Below, piece by piece: positions 52,838 through 62,894 of a stretch of 64,000 nt of DNA. Source of the stretch: Meyerozyma guilliermondii (taxonomy: Eukaryota); assembly GCA_051546255.1 (NCBI GenBank), contig CP128815.1:372001-436000 (forward strand), in the 5' to 3' direction. Every line of letters starts with the position of its first letter. Positions within the stretch are counted from its first letter, which is position 1. The translations under genes were made by a program, and so were the position numbers. The notes beneath the pieces are model-generated. The model was not told the origin of the DNA. It saw only the letters and a list, made by a program, of their open reading frames with translations, and made no database searches.

Positions 52838-55654
52838 ATGTCCACCCATTCGTACAAAAAAGCAGACGCGTATTCCGGGTCGCTGTCGGGGGTTCCCGAT
52901 AAAATGACGGTGTTCCAGGAGTGTCTACAACTGTTCAATGCGTCTCCTGTTAACGCCGCCAAGTGCCGCAAGTTGTTGGCTCGATTGTTGAGTTTGATCT
53001 ACCACGGAGAAACTTTCCCTTCAAACGAGGCCACCACCCTTTTCTTCTCCATTTCGAAGTTGTTCCAGCACAAGAACACTGCGCTTCGTCAACTTGTTTA
53101 CTTGACGATCAAAGAGCTCAGTGCGACGTCGCAGGACATTTTGATGGTGACTTCGTCGATTATGAAAGACATCCAGTCCGGCGAGTTGGTGTACAAACCC
53201 AATGCCATCCGGACTCTTTCTAAGGTGTTGGACCCAACCACTGTTTCAGCATCCGAACGTCTTTTCCGTAATTGTTTGGTTGACAAAAATCCAATTGTGT
53301 CGTCTGCTGCGTTGATATCTACCTACAATTTGCTCCCAATTGCAAAGGACGTGGTGAAACGCTTTACCAATGAGGCATTGGAAACGGTGCTGCTGTACAA
53401 ACAATTTCCAGCAGACCAATTCCTGCTTCACGAGTACTATGGTCATCTGACTACCAACTTGCCAGCGACCTCGTATATGTACCAGTACCATGCGCTAGGC
53501 TTGTTGTATCACTTGAGAAATCACGATAGAATGGCATTGATGAAGTTGATTACGTCTTTGGCCGATTCCGGTACCTTGAAGAATTCGTTGGCTATCATCC
53601 AGTTGATTCGGTATATCAATAAGATCTTGGCCGACGATCCATCGCTCATCAACCCGTTGTATCCACTTCTCGCGGGTTTCCTTAAGAACAAGAGCGACAT
53701 GGTCGAGCTTGAAGCCTGCAGAACTCTCATTGGTGTTCAGCACTTGATTAAGGAAGACCAATTTATGAATGTGGTGTCGACTTTACAAAAACTTCTTGGT
53801 GTTCCTCGCACCGCCACCAGGTTTTCTGCTATTCGCTTAATTAACAAAATATCGGTTAAGCATCCAGAGAAGATCGTCGTGGTCAATTTGGAATTGGAAA
53901 ACTTGATAAATGATTCTAACCGTTCAATTTCGACGCTTGCCATCACCACCTTGTTGAAGACAATGGGCGCTGGTACCGTAGAGCTGTCTGGTTTGGTTGC
54001 CGGAGGTGAGAGTGTCGACCGCTTGATCACAAAGATGACAACCCTTATGGATGAGATCACAGAGGACTTCAAGTCAGTCATTATTGACGCCATAGAAAAC
54101 TTAGCCTTGAAGTTCCCTTCAAAACACAAAAAGTTGGTAGCATTCCTCACCGACTTGTTGCGCGATGATGGCTCTTTGCAACTCAAGTCCAGCATTGTTG
54201 ATGCTTTATTCGACTTGATTCGTTTCCTTCCAGATGCCAGTGCCAAGCAGCTCATCTTGATGAACTTGTGTGAGTTTATCGAAGATTGTGAATTTACTGA
54301 ACTTTCTGTTCGTATTCTCCACTTGCTAGGAGAAGAGGGACCCTCCACCGCCAATCCTTCTTACTATATCAGACATATATACAACCGTCTTGTGTTGGAG
54401 AACTCCATTGTTAGATCATCGGCTGTTGTATCATTGGCAAAGTTTGCTGCTGTGTGTGGTGGCGACATTGCTCGCAACATAAAGATCTTATTGGGCCGTT
54501 GCTTGAATGACGTTGATGATGAAGTGAGAGACAGAGCTGCTGTTTCATTGGCTTTCATTGATCGTGCACACAAAGAGTTGATTGTTTCAACCTCTCGCTA
54601 CGACTTGGCAGTTTTGGAAAGCCAATTGACCAACTACTTGAACGATGAGACTAATTTCGATGTGAAATTTGACATTAATGAAGTTCCTATTTTGACAGAA
54701 GAAGAGTTGAAGTCTCGTCAATACAAGACTAAGATCGAGAAGCTTGAGAGCTCTGCCGCAGACAGTGGAGATGACAAGGAAGGTACACCTGCTGCTAAGG
54801 CACAGGACAGCCAACAAGACGACAACGCTAACGAATTGTTGAAAATGCAACAATACGCTCAAGAAATCAGCGCCATACCTGAATTTGCTGCTTACGGAAA
54901 ATTGACCAAATCTTCTTCTACTCCAACATTCCTCACCGACAAGGAGAATGAGTTTGTGGTATCGGTTGTCAAACACTTTTTCATCGAGTCGCAAAAGTTG
55001 GTATTGCAGTACAATATCACAAACACATTAAACAACCTTGTTTTGCAAGAGGTATCTATCGCAGCGCAGCCAGACAACGAACTTTATGTTGAGGATGTGG
55101 TGATTCAAATCGATGAGCTCAAGCCCAATCAAACTGGCGTTGCGTATGTGTCGTTCACCACTCCATCGTTGGACGATGAAGTACTTATTGCCGCATTTGG
55201 AAATACGATGTCTTACATCAACAGAGAGACTATTGACAATGAGGGTAATTACGATGCTTCAGACGATGGTTGGGCCGATGAATACCAAATTGAAGACTTG
55301 GAGGTGTTACCTGGTGACTTCATTAGCCCATTATACAACTCCAACTTCACGGCACTTTACGATCAATTACCACATGATGCCTCAACGGTGATAACGTTAG
55401 CTGGAATCAAGTCGTTAGAAGCTGCGGTTGAAAAGCTCGCCAAGAACTTGGGCATGATGCCATTAGATGGTCTGGATTACGTTTCCCCAGACACAACGTC
55501 GCATGTGTTGAAGTTGCTTGGAAAAGATGTATGGGGCGGCAAAGTGGCCGCATTGGTGCGTTTGGCTTCTACGGGAGGTAAAGTGGTGGCCAAGCTAGAG
55601 GTCAAGGCGGAGACTGAAAATTTTGCAGCTGTTGTCGTGGACGGCGCAGCTTGA
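52838..55654 (+). CDS. SEC21: Coatomer gamma subunit
   Basis: TVFQECLQ.FNASPV, ILHLLGEEGP, YIRHIYNRLVLEN, DDEVRDRA; ATG at 52838. Confidence 0.95.
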   Translation: MSTHSYKKADAYSGSLSGVPDKMTVFQECLQLFNASPVNAAKCRKLLARLLSLIYHGETFPSNEATTLFFSISKLFQHKNTALRQLVYLTIKELSATSQDILMVTSSIMKDIQSGELVYKPNAIRTLSKVLDPTTVSASERLFRNCLVDKNPIVSSAALISTYNLLPIAKDVVKRFTNEALETVLLYKQFPADQFLLHEYYGHLTTNLPATSYMYQYHALGLLYHLRNHDRMALMKLITSLADSGTLKNSLAIIQLIRYINKILADDPSLINPLYPLLAGFLKNKSDMVELEACRTLIGVQHLIKEDQFMNVVSTLQKLLGVPRTATRFSAIRLINKISVKHPEKIVVVNLELENLINDSNRSISTLAITTLLKTMGAGTVELSGLVAGGESVDRLITKMTTLMDEITEDFKSVIIDAIENLALKFPSKHKKLVAFLTDLLRDDGSLQLKSSIVDALFDLIRFLPDASAKQLILMNLCEFIEDCEFTELSVRILHLLGEEGPSTANPSYYIRHIYNRLVLENSIVRSSAVVSLAKFAAVCGGDIARNIKILLGRCLNDVDDEVRDRAAVSLAFIDRAHKELIVSTSRYDLAVLESQLTNYLNDETNFDVKFDINEVPILTEEELKSRQYKTKIEKLESSAADSGDDKEGTPAAKAQDSQQDDNANELLKMQQYAQEISAIPEFAAYGKLTKSSSTPTFLTDKENEFVVSVVKHFFIESQKLVLQYNITNTLNNLVLQEVSIAAQPDNELYVEDVVIQIDELKPNQTGVAYVSFTTPSLDDEVLIAAFGNTMSYINRETIDNEGNYDASDDGWADEYQIEDLEVLPGDFISPLYNSNFTALYDQLPHDASTVITLAGIKSLEAAVEKLAKNLGMMPLDGLDYVSPDTTSHVLKLLGKDVWGGKVAALVRLASTGGKVVAKLEVKAETENFAAVVVDGAA

Positions 55655-55691
55655 ATATCGTTACAGAAATCATATTAGTATAAACATGTAC

Positions 55692-57956
55692 TTACCATTT
55701 ACTGGGGCCAAAAGTTTCTCCCTCTTTGAGGGTATAGAACGGTGTCAGCTTGTAGTCCTTGGTATTCTGGTAGACGGTATTTCCCCACCACACCAATTTT
55801 CCGCCGGGATACGAAACGCAGAGGAAAATAATGATAGCTGATATCGCTACCCCGGCATCAAATGCAGCAGAGATGACATTATTGTAGCGGGCATGGAAGA
55901 AACTGTGGTACTTCTTGAGGTAGTAGTTGAAGACAAAGCAGGTTGCAAAATAAAGCGAGTAGTTGTACAATGTCGAAGGTGGGATGTTTCCTGGGCCGGT
56001 AAAAAAAACTGGACTGTTAATACGGCCAAACCACCGGTTTGGGTATCTTTTCCATAAGAGCCAAGTGAATATGGGGAAAATTGCACCAATCAAGAAAAAG
56101 TACAAGAGAGGGTTGTATCTTTTTCCCGGTGAAAACAACTCCTTGACCAACGAAAATGATATGGAAGCATTGAATATCACTCTTCCATTTGGACAAGAAA
56201 ATTCATTGGTGGACTCGCAAATATTCTTAATGTTGAACCGCATCCATTGCTGAACCCCAACGTTAACCAAGCATGCAAGAATGGTACCATAGATTTGAAA
56301 AACGAAGAGAACTCTTGGAGGAATCTTCATGTACTGTCCCAACTTCAAGTCTCGAGAAAAGTCCAAGCCTTGTCTCATTGGAATGAAACCATAAAGTTTG
56401 ATGAACATGTTTGCAAATGGGTTTCCAGGAAAGACGTAACCTGCCACGATTTCCGTCACCACGTTCAATCCCACATGCTGGTTGGTGAGTCCCTCTAAGA
56501 GACCCTGGGGAATAAACCCCACAAATGCTATACACAAGGCTATTACCAAGCCCCAAGCAGGCATTTGGGTATGTTCGTGAAACCCAGAAACGGTTGCAAA
56601 TGCCAAGCCAACAGATACAACAAATACCGCCGCATACCACCAGTCTGGCACTTCTTTGAACGAGTTCATGAGTCGTTTGTGGATATCTTCTCCACCATGC
56701 TTCGAGTTGCGGAATTTTGCAACTATGTCTTTACCGTTGTAAAGTGCGGTGTGCGTGAAGATGGCTATCACGGCAGCAAAGTTGGTTGCATAGTTTAGGA
56801 GGTACGAGTATGGGATGAACAACGGAGAGTACTCCTTGTAAGCCTGGTGGTCTATTCTGTAGTCTTTGGTGATGATTTTGGACATGTTGTATTTCTGTTG
56901 CCGATTGTCGAATGTGGACGAGCTGATCATGGGCATATACTTGGCATCCCACGTATTGGTGTAGTAGAGTATGGGCAAGAGGACAATGAAAAACACAAAT
57001 ACCGAACCATAAGTATTTGCAGCCACCCAGAATGGAGTTGCAAGTGGACTAAAGCTCAAAGCCTGGGTAATCTGAGTCCAGTCGAAAGTTATTGGAATTA
57101 TTCCCAATCCCAGAGAAACCCCAAAGATCTGGTTCACAACGATATTATTGGGCGCTATCCAGCACACCCAATTGAAGTAAGAAAGAGCTTTGAAAATGAA
57201 CCCTGGAAACCAGTACCAAACAAACGAAAATATCGTTACCACTGCAAACATTTTGTATCTCGACCAATTAACTCTGCTGGTTTTAAAGTTTTCTGCAAGA
57301 TTTGACTTTGCCAAGGCGCTGAAAACAGTCGATGTAACCAAAGTTTGCGGCCAGAGCATGTGTGCTGGATATACAATGAACCTACGAGTAAGTCCTGCTA
57401 CACCGTATCCAAGTAGCTGAGTGGAAAAAACCATGAGGATCTGGTACCCGACCGAGACGTCTTGATTGTAAAAGTTTGTCTGGGCAATCAAAATGTTCAT
57501 TGCGTACGACGTGGACGACGTAAGTGAAACCACAATGGTCAAAAGTGCATGTTCTTGTTTGGTATATTTGCCTGGATTCAAGTTGAAAAATGGAGCCCGC
57601 TTGAATTGGATATCCGGCAACTTCTCAAGTGCCTTACCTATGGGAAAGGAGATCACCTGGGCCACCACAAAACCAATGGTGATGGAAGGATACCGTAAGG
57701 AGAAAAACTGGTTGACACCAGCAAATACAATCACAAAGATCGTGGTCAAAAACCAAGTTCTCCAGTGGTTGAGCTTGATATCTGGATCCACCTCGGTCGA
57801 AACCGCTGCCCGGACTTCAGGATAAGGAGAATTGTTCATCATCGACGGATCTCCCTCGATAAACAGAAGATCATTATCGGGAATCTCTAGGTAAGAGAAG
57901 TCACTAGAATTGTCCCCACCCTCAACAACAATAACCTTCTCGAGCTTCTCTGACAT
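55692..57956 (-). CDS. OPT-family oligopeptide/glutathione transporter
   Basis: SPYPEVRAAV, NPGKYTKQEH, EDIHKRLM..FKEVPDWWY, DLKLGQYMKIPPR. Confidence 0.93.
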   Translation of the reverse strand: MSEKLEKVIVVEGGDNSSDFSYLEIPDNDLLFIEGDPSMMNNSPYPEVRAAVSTEVDPDIKLNHWRTWFLTTIFVIVFAGVNQFFSLRYPSITIGFVVAQVISFPIGKALEKLPDIQFKRAPFFNLNPGKYTKQEHALLTIVVSLTSSTSYAMNILIAQTNFYNQDVSVGYQILMVFSTQLLGYGVAGLTRRFIVYPAHMLWPQTLVTSTVFSALAKSNLAENFKTSRVNWSRYKMFAVVTIFSFVWYWFPGFIFKALSYFNWVCWIAPNNIVVNQIFGVSLGLGIIPITFDWTQITQALSFSPLATPFWVAANTYGSVFVFFIVLLPILYYTNTWDAKYMPMISSSTFDNRQQKYNMSKIITKDYRIDHQAYKEYSPLFIPYSYLLNYATNFAAVIAIFTHTALYNGKDIVAKFRNSKHGGEDIHKRLMNSFKEVPDWWYAAVFVVSVGLAFATVSGFHEHTQMPAWGLVIALCIAFVGFIPQGLLEGLTNQHVGLNVVTEIVAGYVFPGNPFANMFIKLYGFIPMRQGLDFSRDLKLGQYMKIPPRVLFVFQIYGTILACLVNVGVQQWMRFNIKNICESTNEFSCPNGRVIFNASISFSLVKELFSPGKRYNPLLYFFLIGAIFPIFTWLLWKRYPNRWFGRINSPVFFTGPGNIPPSTLYNYSLYFATCFVFNYYLKKYHSFFHARYNNVISAAFDAGVAISAIIIFLCVSYPGGKLVWWGNTVYQNTKDYKLTPFYTLKEGETFGPSKW

Positions 57957-58619
57957 TTTCCGAACAAAGCACTCCTAAAAATCGTGCTGGCGCAACTCGG
58001 GAATAATATATGCCATTCTTGTGTCACTGTGGCTTGACGTTTGTTCGGTGCATAATGGCAGGAGATGCGGCGTTTTGGTGCAGGTGCACGCGCAGTTAGA
58101 GATAAGCGCCAGGGAGATAAGAGATGCGGAAAGTGGAAAGCGCACTAAGTAGGTAGGCAAGTAGTATGATATTTGAGGTCTGTTTTCGATAAGCAACTTG
58201 AACTGATCTCGATTTTGGGTGTATCTAGATGATTTCATTTCTTTCGTCGTTGACACATATGACGTGCTCGCGGCTGAGGCGCGAAAATGCATAAAGTAGC
58301 CACCTTGACCAACCACAGTTTGAATATAGATTATTTTGTAGAGTATTCGCCGAGTTTCCTTCCGTAAAAGTTGCCTCGTAAAGTATGTTAATCAGGTGAT
58401 GGATTCACGAGCACCTCATGATTTCGAATTGCTGCAAAAATTGAAATTTTGAAAAAGTGAATGTTGTCGACAGCACAGAAGTCCATAGAATGCTTCCCAT
58501 CTTGAGTTGAAGTTTATGTTTATCTCTTTTATGGCCCACTGTAAACCATTAATTCTCTTGCAACTTCGAATCCTGCATCCAGCCCATCTCACAGATGCGA
58601 TGAGCGATTCCTCAGTGCA

Positions 58620-60011
58620 ATGACTGATTCTGTTTTAGAATGTCTAGACAAAGTCAAATCTGTACTTTTGGACAGCAGCTCAAATAAAGAAATAGAGGCT
58701 CAGATAAGCAGTCTAGGATCCTTGCTTAGAGATACAGTCAATGATCATCAAATACGACACAATTTGGCACACAGAGAAGACTTGTGGGAAATTCTTTCTA
58801 CCATTTTAGAACAAATTAAATCAAATGAAGACAAAACTGCATCTTACTATAGATTGTTGAGAGGAGTGTATCTTCTTGTACGAAACTTGGCTTCTGAAAA
58901 TTGTCCAATTGACCTCAAAATTGTGTATTCAAGTGTACAAAACGTCCACATCCAAAAAAACGATATCGGCCAAAATCTAGTTATTTCCTGGCTACAAGCT
59001 TGCTCAAACTGCTCACAGAGCTACATTTTGTCGTCTGAGGACCTTGGGTACCTTGATAATGCACTTCAAAGTCCAATAATGTGGAACATACTCACCACCT
59101 CCAAGCAAGCTAGACAACCTCTAGTATCTATTATAGTGAAGTCTCTCGAAAATCTCACCGTGAATGACTTTCTTCTTATAAGAGAACTATCATTTTTGGT
59201 GTGCTTTCTTGCTGCTGAGGTTTCCAGTTTTTCAGACATAAAAGAGCCGCTTGAATTCAAACTGATAGAGGTGTTTGAACAGTTCATATGTAGCGAAAGC
59301 TTCAACAATTGGATACACACCTACAAAAATGATAAGGACAAGAGTCTACTTTTGGTAAAAGCAGGCCAAAAAATTGCAACTTCCAAAGAAAATTGGGACC
59401 AATATCAGCTTGCTGCGATGCTCGCTTGGATGTATGATTTGTTTGTCGAAATATCTGAGCGGTCTGAAGAACAATTGACCACACAAGATTTCGACAGGAT
59501 TGAGTTACAATACTGTCATTCCATACTAATTCGTCTTTTAGACTGCCTTTCACATTTGTGCATGTTTGACACAACAAGACAGTTTCTCCGACACTATGGA
59601 GCTGTTGAAAATTTGATCCATTTACTAGCTTCGGTGCACCAAAACGTAGAGAGAAAGACTCTCAAGGACCAAGAGACAGAACAAAATACCAAGTCTTTTC
59701 CAGAAGTCAAGTCTGCGATAATTGAGATTATAGCCCATCTAGCACACAATACTTTTGAAGTTCAGGAACAAGTTCGTTCCTTGCATGGTCTCCAGATAAT
59801 ACTCTCGTGCTGCACAATTGACGACAACAATCCGTATCTTAAGGAGAGGGCCATAGTGTGTATCAAACAGCTTCTTGCTGGGAATGAAGGAAACCAAAAT
59901 TTTGTCAGATCACTCGAAGCTCAGCAAGTGGTTGACGACAAGGTGTTGGAGGAAGTAGGGTACGAGGTGAAGATTAATGACGGGAAAATAGAGTACGAAA
60001 AACGCAAATAG
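58620..60011 (+). CDS. CTR86: Ataxin-10 homolog Ctr86
   Basis: C-terminal Ataxin-10 domain (VQEQVRSLHGLQIILSCCTIDDNNPYLKERAIVCIKQLL.GNEGNQ); convergent with THR4 as in S. cerevisiae. Confidence 0.88.
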   Translation: MTDSVLECLDKVKSVLLDSSSNKEIEAQISSLGSLLRDTVNDHQIRHNLAHREDLWEILSTILEQIKSNEDKTASYYRLLRGVYLLVRNLASENCPIDLKIVYSSVQNVHIQKNDIGQNLVISWLQACSNCSQSYILSSEDLGYLDNALQSPIMWNILTTSKQARQPLVSIIVKSLENLTVNDFLLIRELSFLVCFLAAEVSSFSDIKEPLEFKLIEVFEQFICSESFNNWIHTYKNDKDKSLLLVKAGQKIATSKENWDQYQLAAMLAWMYDLFVEISERSEEQLTTQDFDRIELQYCHSILIRLLDCLSHLCMFDTTRQFLRHYGAVENLIHLLASVHQNVERKTLKDQETEQNTKSFPEVKSAIIEIIAHLAHNTFEVQEQVRSLHGLQIILSCCTIDDNNPYLKERAIVCIKQLLAGNEGNQNFVRSLEAQQVVDDKVLEEVGYEVKINDGKIEYEKRK

Positions 60012-60037
60012 ATTTATTAGGTGATATTTTTCTTTGA

Positions 60038-61594
60038 TTAAGCAGATTCCAATGCCTTGATGATAGCACTCTTGACCTTTTCGACAGAAGCCTCGTCAAT
60101 GAGATTCAATCTCTTCTCTTTGGAAGCCAACACCCTCAACTCATCGGGTAATACATCTTTTTCAAAAGAGTAGCCATCCACTCCTTCCAAAGACAGGTTC
60201 ACCACTTCAGCAAATTTGGCTGGATGAGCAGTCGACAACGAAATGTACTTGGCAGACTCTTTGGTTGTTGAATCTCTTTCTATGTTTCTGTAGGTGGCTG
60301 TGACTCCCACGGCAGTATGAGGATCCAACACATATTTCCTTGGGTGGTTGTGGTAAACCTTTTTGATCATAGAAGCAGTTTCGGAATCGGTGACCTTTTC
60401 CGAATCAAAGTCACGGCGAGCAGCAGCGACCACCGACTCTGGAGCAACCACCGAACCGGTGGATTTCAACTGTGTCATCCATTCGTTCAATATGGATCCT
60501 GCCTTTTTGTCATCTCCCTCAGCCAAATTGTCTCTGATTAAGTACCACAAAAGTCTCTCAAAGTTCGAGGATATCAAGATATCCATAGCAGGAGAATATG
60601 TGGCCTTCACCTCGGCAGGCTTGGAGTTATCAGCAGTTTTTTCGTAACGACCCGATTTCATAAAACGATCCAAAATATCATTCTCGTTGGTGGCTATAAT
60701 TAACCTGTCGACAGGCAAGCCCATTGCCTTGGCATAGTAGCCTGCAAGAATGTCACCAAAGTTTCCCGAAGGCACAACGAACCGAATTTTGGAGGCAGCA
60801 TCGGTGCCGAGGTTCTTGCGCAACTGGAAAAACGAGTAGACATAGTAGGTCATTTGTGCCAAAATACGAGCCCAGTTGATGGAATTGACAGCTCCCACAT
60901 GGTACTTGTCATTGAACTCCTTGTCGCCAAAAATTTGCTTGACAATGTCTTGACAGTCGTCAAAGGTACCTTTCACCGACAAGGTATGAACATTTTCGTC
61001 TTCCACCGTAGTCATTTGTTCTTCCTGAATTGGCGATATTCTTCCAGTGGGGTACAAGATGAACACAGAAACGTCTTTTTTGCCTCTTAATCCGTAAATA
61101 GCAGCAGATCCAGTGTCACCAGAGGTAGCACCAACGACGGTGATTTTTTCACGATCCAGTTCTGATTTGGCAGATGCGTTTCTTCTGACCAAGAAATACT
61201 CGAACAAGTTACCCAAAAATTGCAACGCAACGTCCTTGAAGGCATAGGTAGGACCGTGGAATAATTCCAACAAATATACTCCATTTTCTTTATCAATAGG
61301 ATTCAAAGGAGTGACGTCTGGAGCACGGAAAGTCGAGTAGGACTTCTCGATCAACTTCTCCAAGTCATCACTGGGAATTTCCTGCTCGGAAATGTACTTT
61401 CTCATGATCTGGAACGCAAGTTGCTGAAACGACAAGTCTTTCCATTCTGTCAAAAATGAGTCAGGAAACGCAGGAATCGAAGAAGGTACAAACAAACCAC
61501 CATCTTTGGCCAAGCCCATCATCACCGCCTCCTCAAATGAGATGGAGGCGTCGCTGGCCGAGCGGGTCGATCTATAGCGCTGGGAAGCAGACAT
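60038..61594 (-). CDS. THR4: Threonine synthase
   Basis: YRSTR, LELFHGPTYAFKD (PLP Lys), GATSGDTGSAA, NSINWARI, STAHPAKF. Confidence 0.97.
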   Translation of the reverse strand: MSASQRYRSTRSASDASISFEEAVMMGLAKDGGLFVPSSIPAFPDSFLTEWKDLSFQQLAFQIMRKYISEQEIPSDDLEKLIEKSYSTFRAPDVTPLNPIDKENGVYLLELFHGPTYAFKDVALQFLGNLFEYFLVRRNASAKSELDREKITVVGATSGDTGSAAIYGLRGKKDVSVFILYPTGRISPIQEEQMTTVEDENVHTLSVKGTFDDCQDIVKQIFGDKEFNDKYHVGAVNSINWARILAQMTYYVYSFFQLRKNLGTDAASKIRFVVPSGNFGDILAGYYAKAMGLPVDRLIIATNENDILDRFMKSGRYEKTADNSKPAEVKATYSPAMDILISSNFERLLWYLIRDNLAEGDDKKAGSILNEWMTQLKSTGSVVAPESVVAAARRDFDSEKVTDSETASMIKKVYHNHPRKYVLDPHTAVGVTATYRNIERDSTTKESAKYISLSTAHPAKFAEVVNLSLEGVDGYSFEKDVLPDELRVLASKEKRLNLIDEASVEKVKSAIIKALESA

Positions 61595-62894
61595 GTTGAA
61601 GATATTGGAGATGATTCACAACTGGAAAATTCGCGGAGTGCAGACAACCGCCGGTACCGGTGTGTGGGTGCCTGACCGGCGAATGGCAGGGACCTCAAAA
61701 AGAAAATAGTAATTGGCAATTATTCCATTTAGGAGTTTGGTTGCTCAAAGATAAGTAGCTGCGGAGTAACCAGAATTTTGGTGTTGCTCTTTTAGCTGAG
61801 CCGAAAGTTGGAGTAAGATTAAGAAAAGTGGGACGAAATTTGATTATCGCGCGATTCTGCGTTATTTCACGCCTATGCATATAGAAAAGTGGGACACATT
61901 GTTGTTCCTTTTTTTACATTTTTTGGTGAGGACAAGGTATTTTGTAAGCACAGATATACTCTGTCCCACACGCCAGAGGTTTGAAACCTCGAAAAGTATC
62001 GATTCGAGTTAAAATTGAGGATGGGACGACCTTTGTGGAATGGCTGCAAATTATTTCATCTATGTAGACTCGTTAGAGTTTTAGTGGGCATGTATATTGC
62101 AGCTATAGGTAATTTCCTTGAAAATGACTTTTAATCTATCTCACCTTGACTCTTTGGTTACATCATCAATTCCAGTTCGAAACAGAGAGCCCGATTTTTA
62201 ATAATAAACCAATCAAGTCACTAAGAGTTGGTTTAAGGGTACAGTACTGCCGCAAGTAATGCGAACCAAAAATAGCATCAGAGGCAGCAGAATTAGGAGG
62301 GTTCATAAGTTTAGGAAAAAATAAATGGGAGTATAACTATGTGCGAAGTATTATTTAAGTACGAATAAAGCACTATTACAGTACTAAGTACTAATGAAGT
62401 ACTATCCTCGTGTATCTCAAATGCTAGTGAAAACAGTGCAAGTGAACAATAGAACGATTTCACGAGGTTCTCGGAGCTACAATGCGACTGAGAGTATCAG
62501 TTGACTTAATAAAAACATCCAAACTCACCGCATGTTATCTTATAAGACCTGTCTGGAGACCACTTCCCTTTACCTTTATTGAAGTCGCTCGAAGTATAAA
62601 CAATGCTTCAAAATCATCATGCTGACTTGAAGCACCTCTTCATGGCAGACTTCATACAGGACAGCTGTCATTATATACAAGATCCAATCCTGTGATGGCT
62701 TCAGATGTACGAGACTTTTTCACCAAACATGTGAATGATTTCACAAGGAACAGAACTAAGGTCGTAAGTTCATAATGGTCGGGTTAAAAGTAATCTCCCT
62801 CAGATTTCTCATGTGATGGGCTCGATTGAAATTTCCTGCACACAACCGTGAGAAATCGTAACCAGATCCTGTCGTACGACAAACTAACAACTGT

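Noticed and set aside
58620..61594. CTR86-THR4 convergent pair as a novel cluster
   Set aside because: The same adjacency is known in S. cerevisiae; ordinary conserved synteny.
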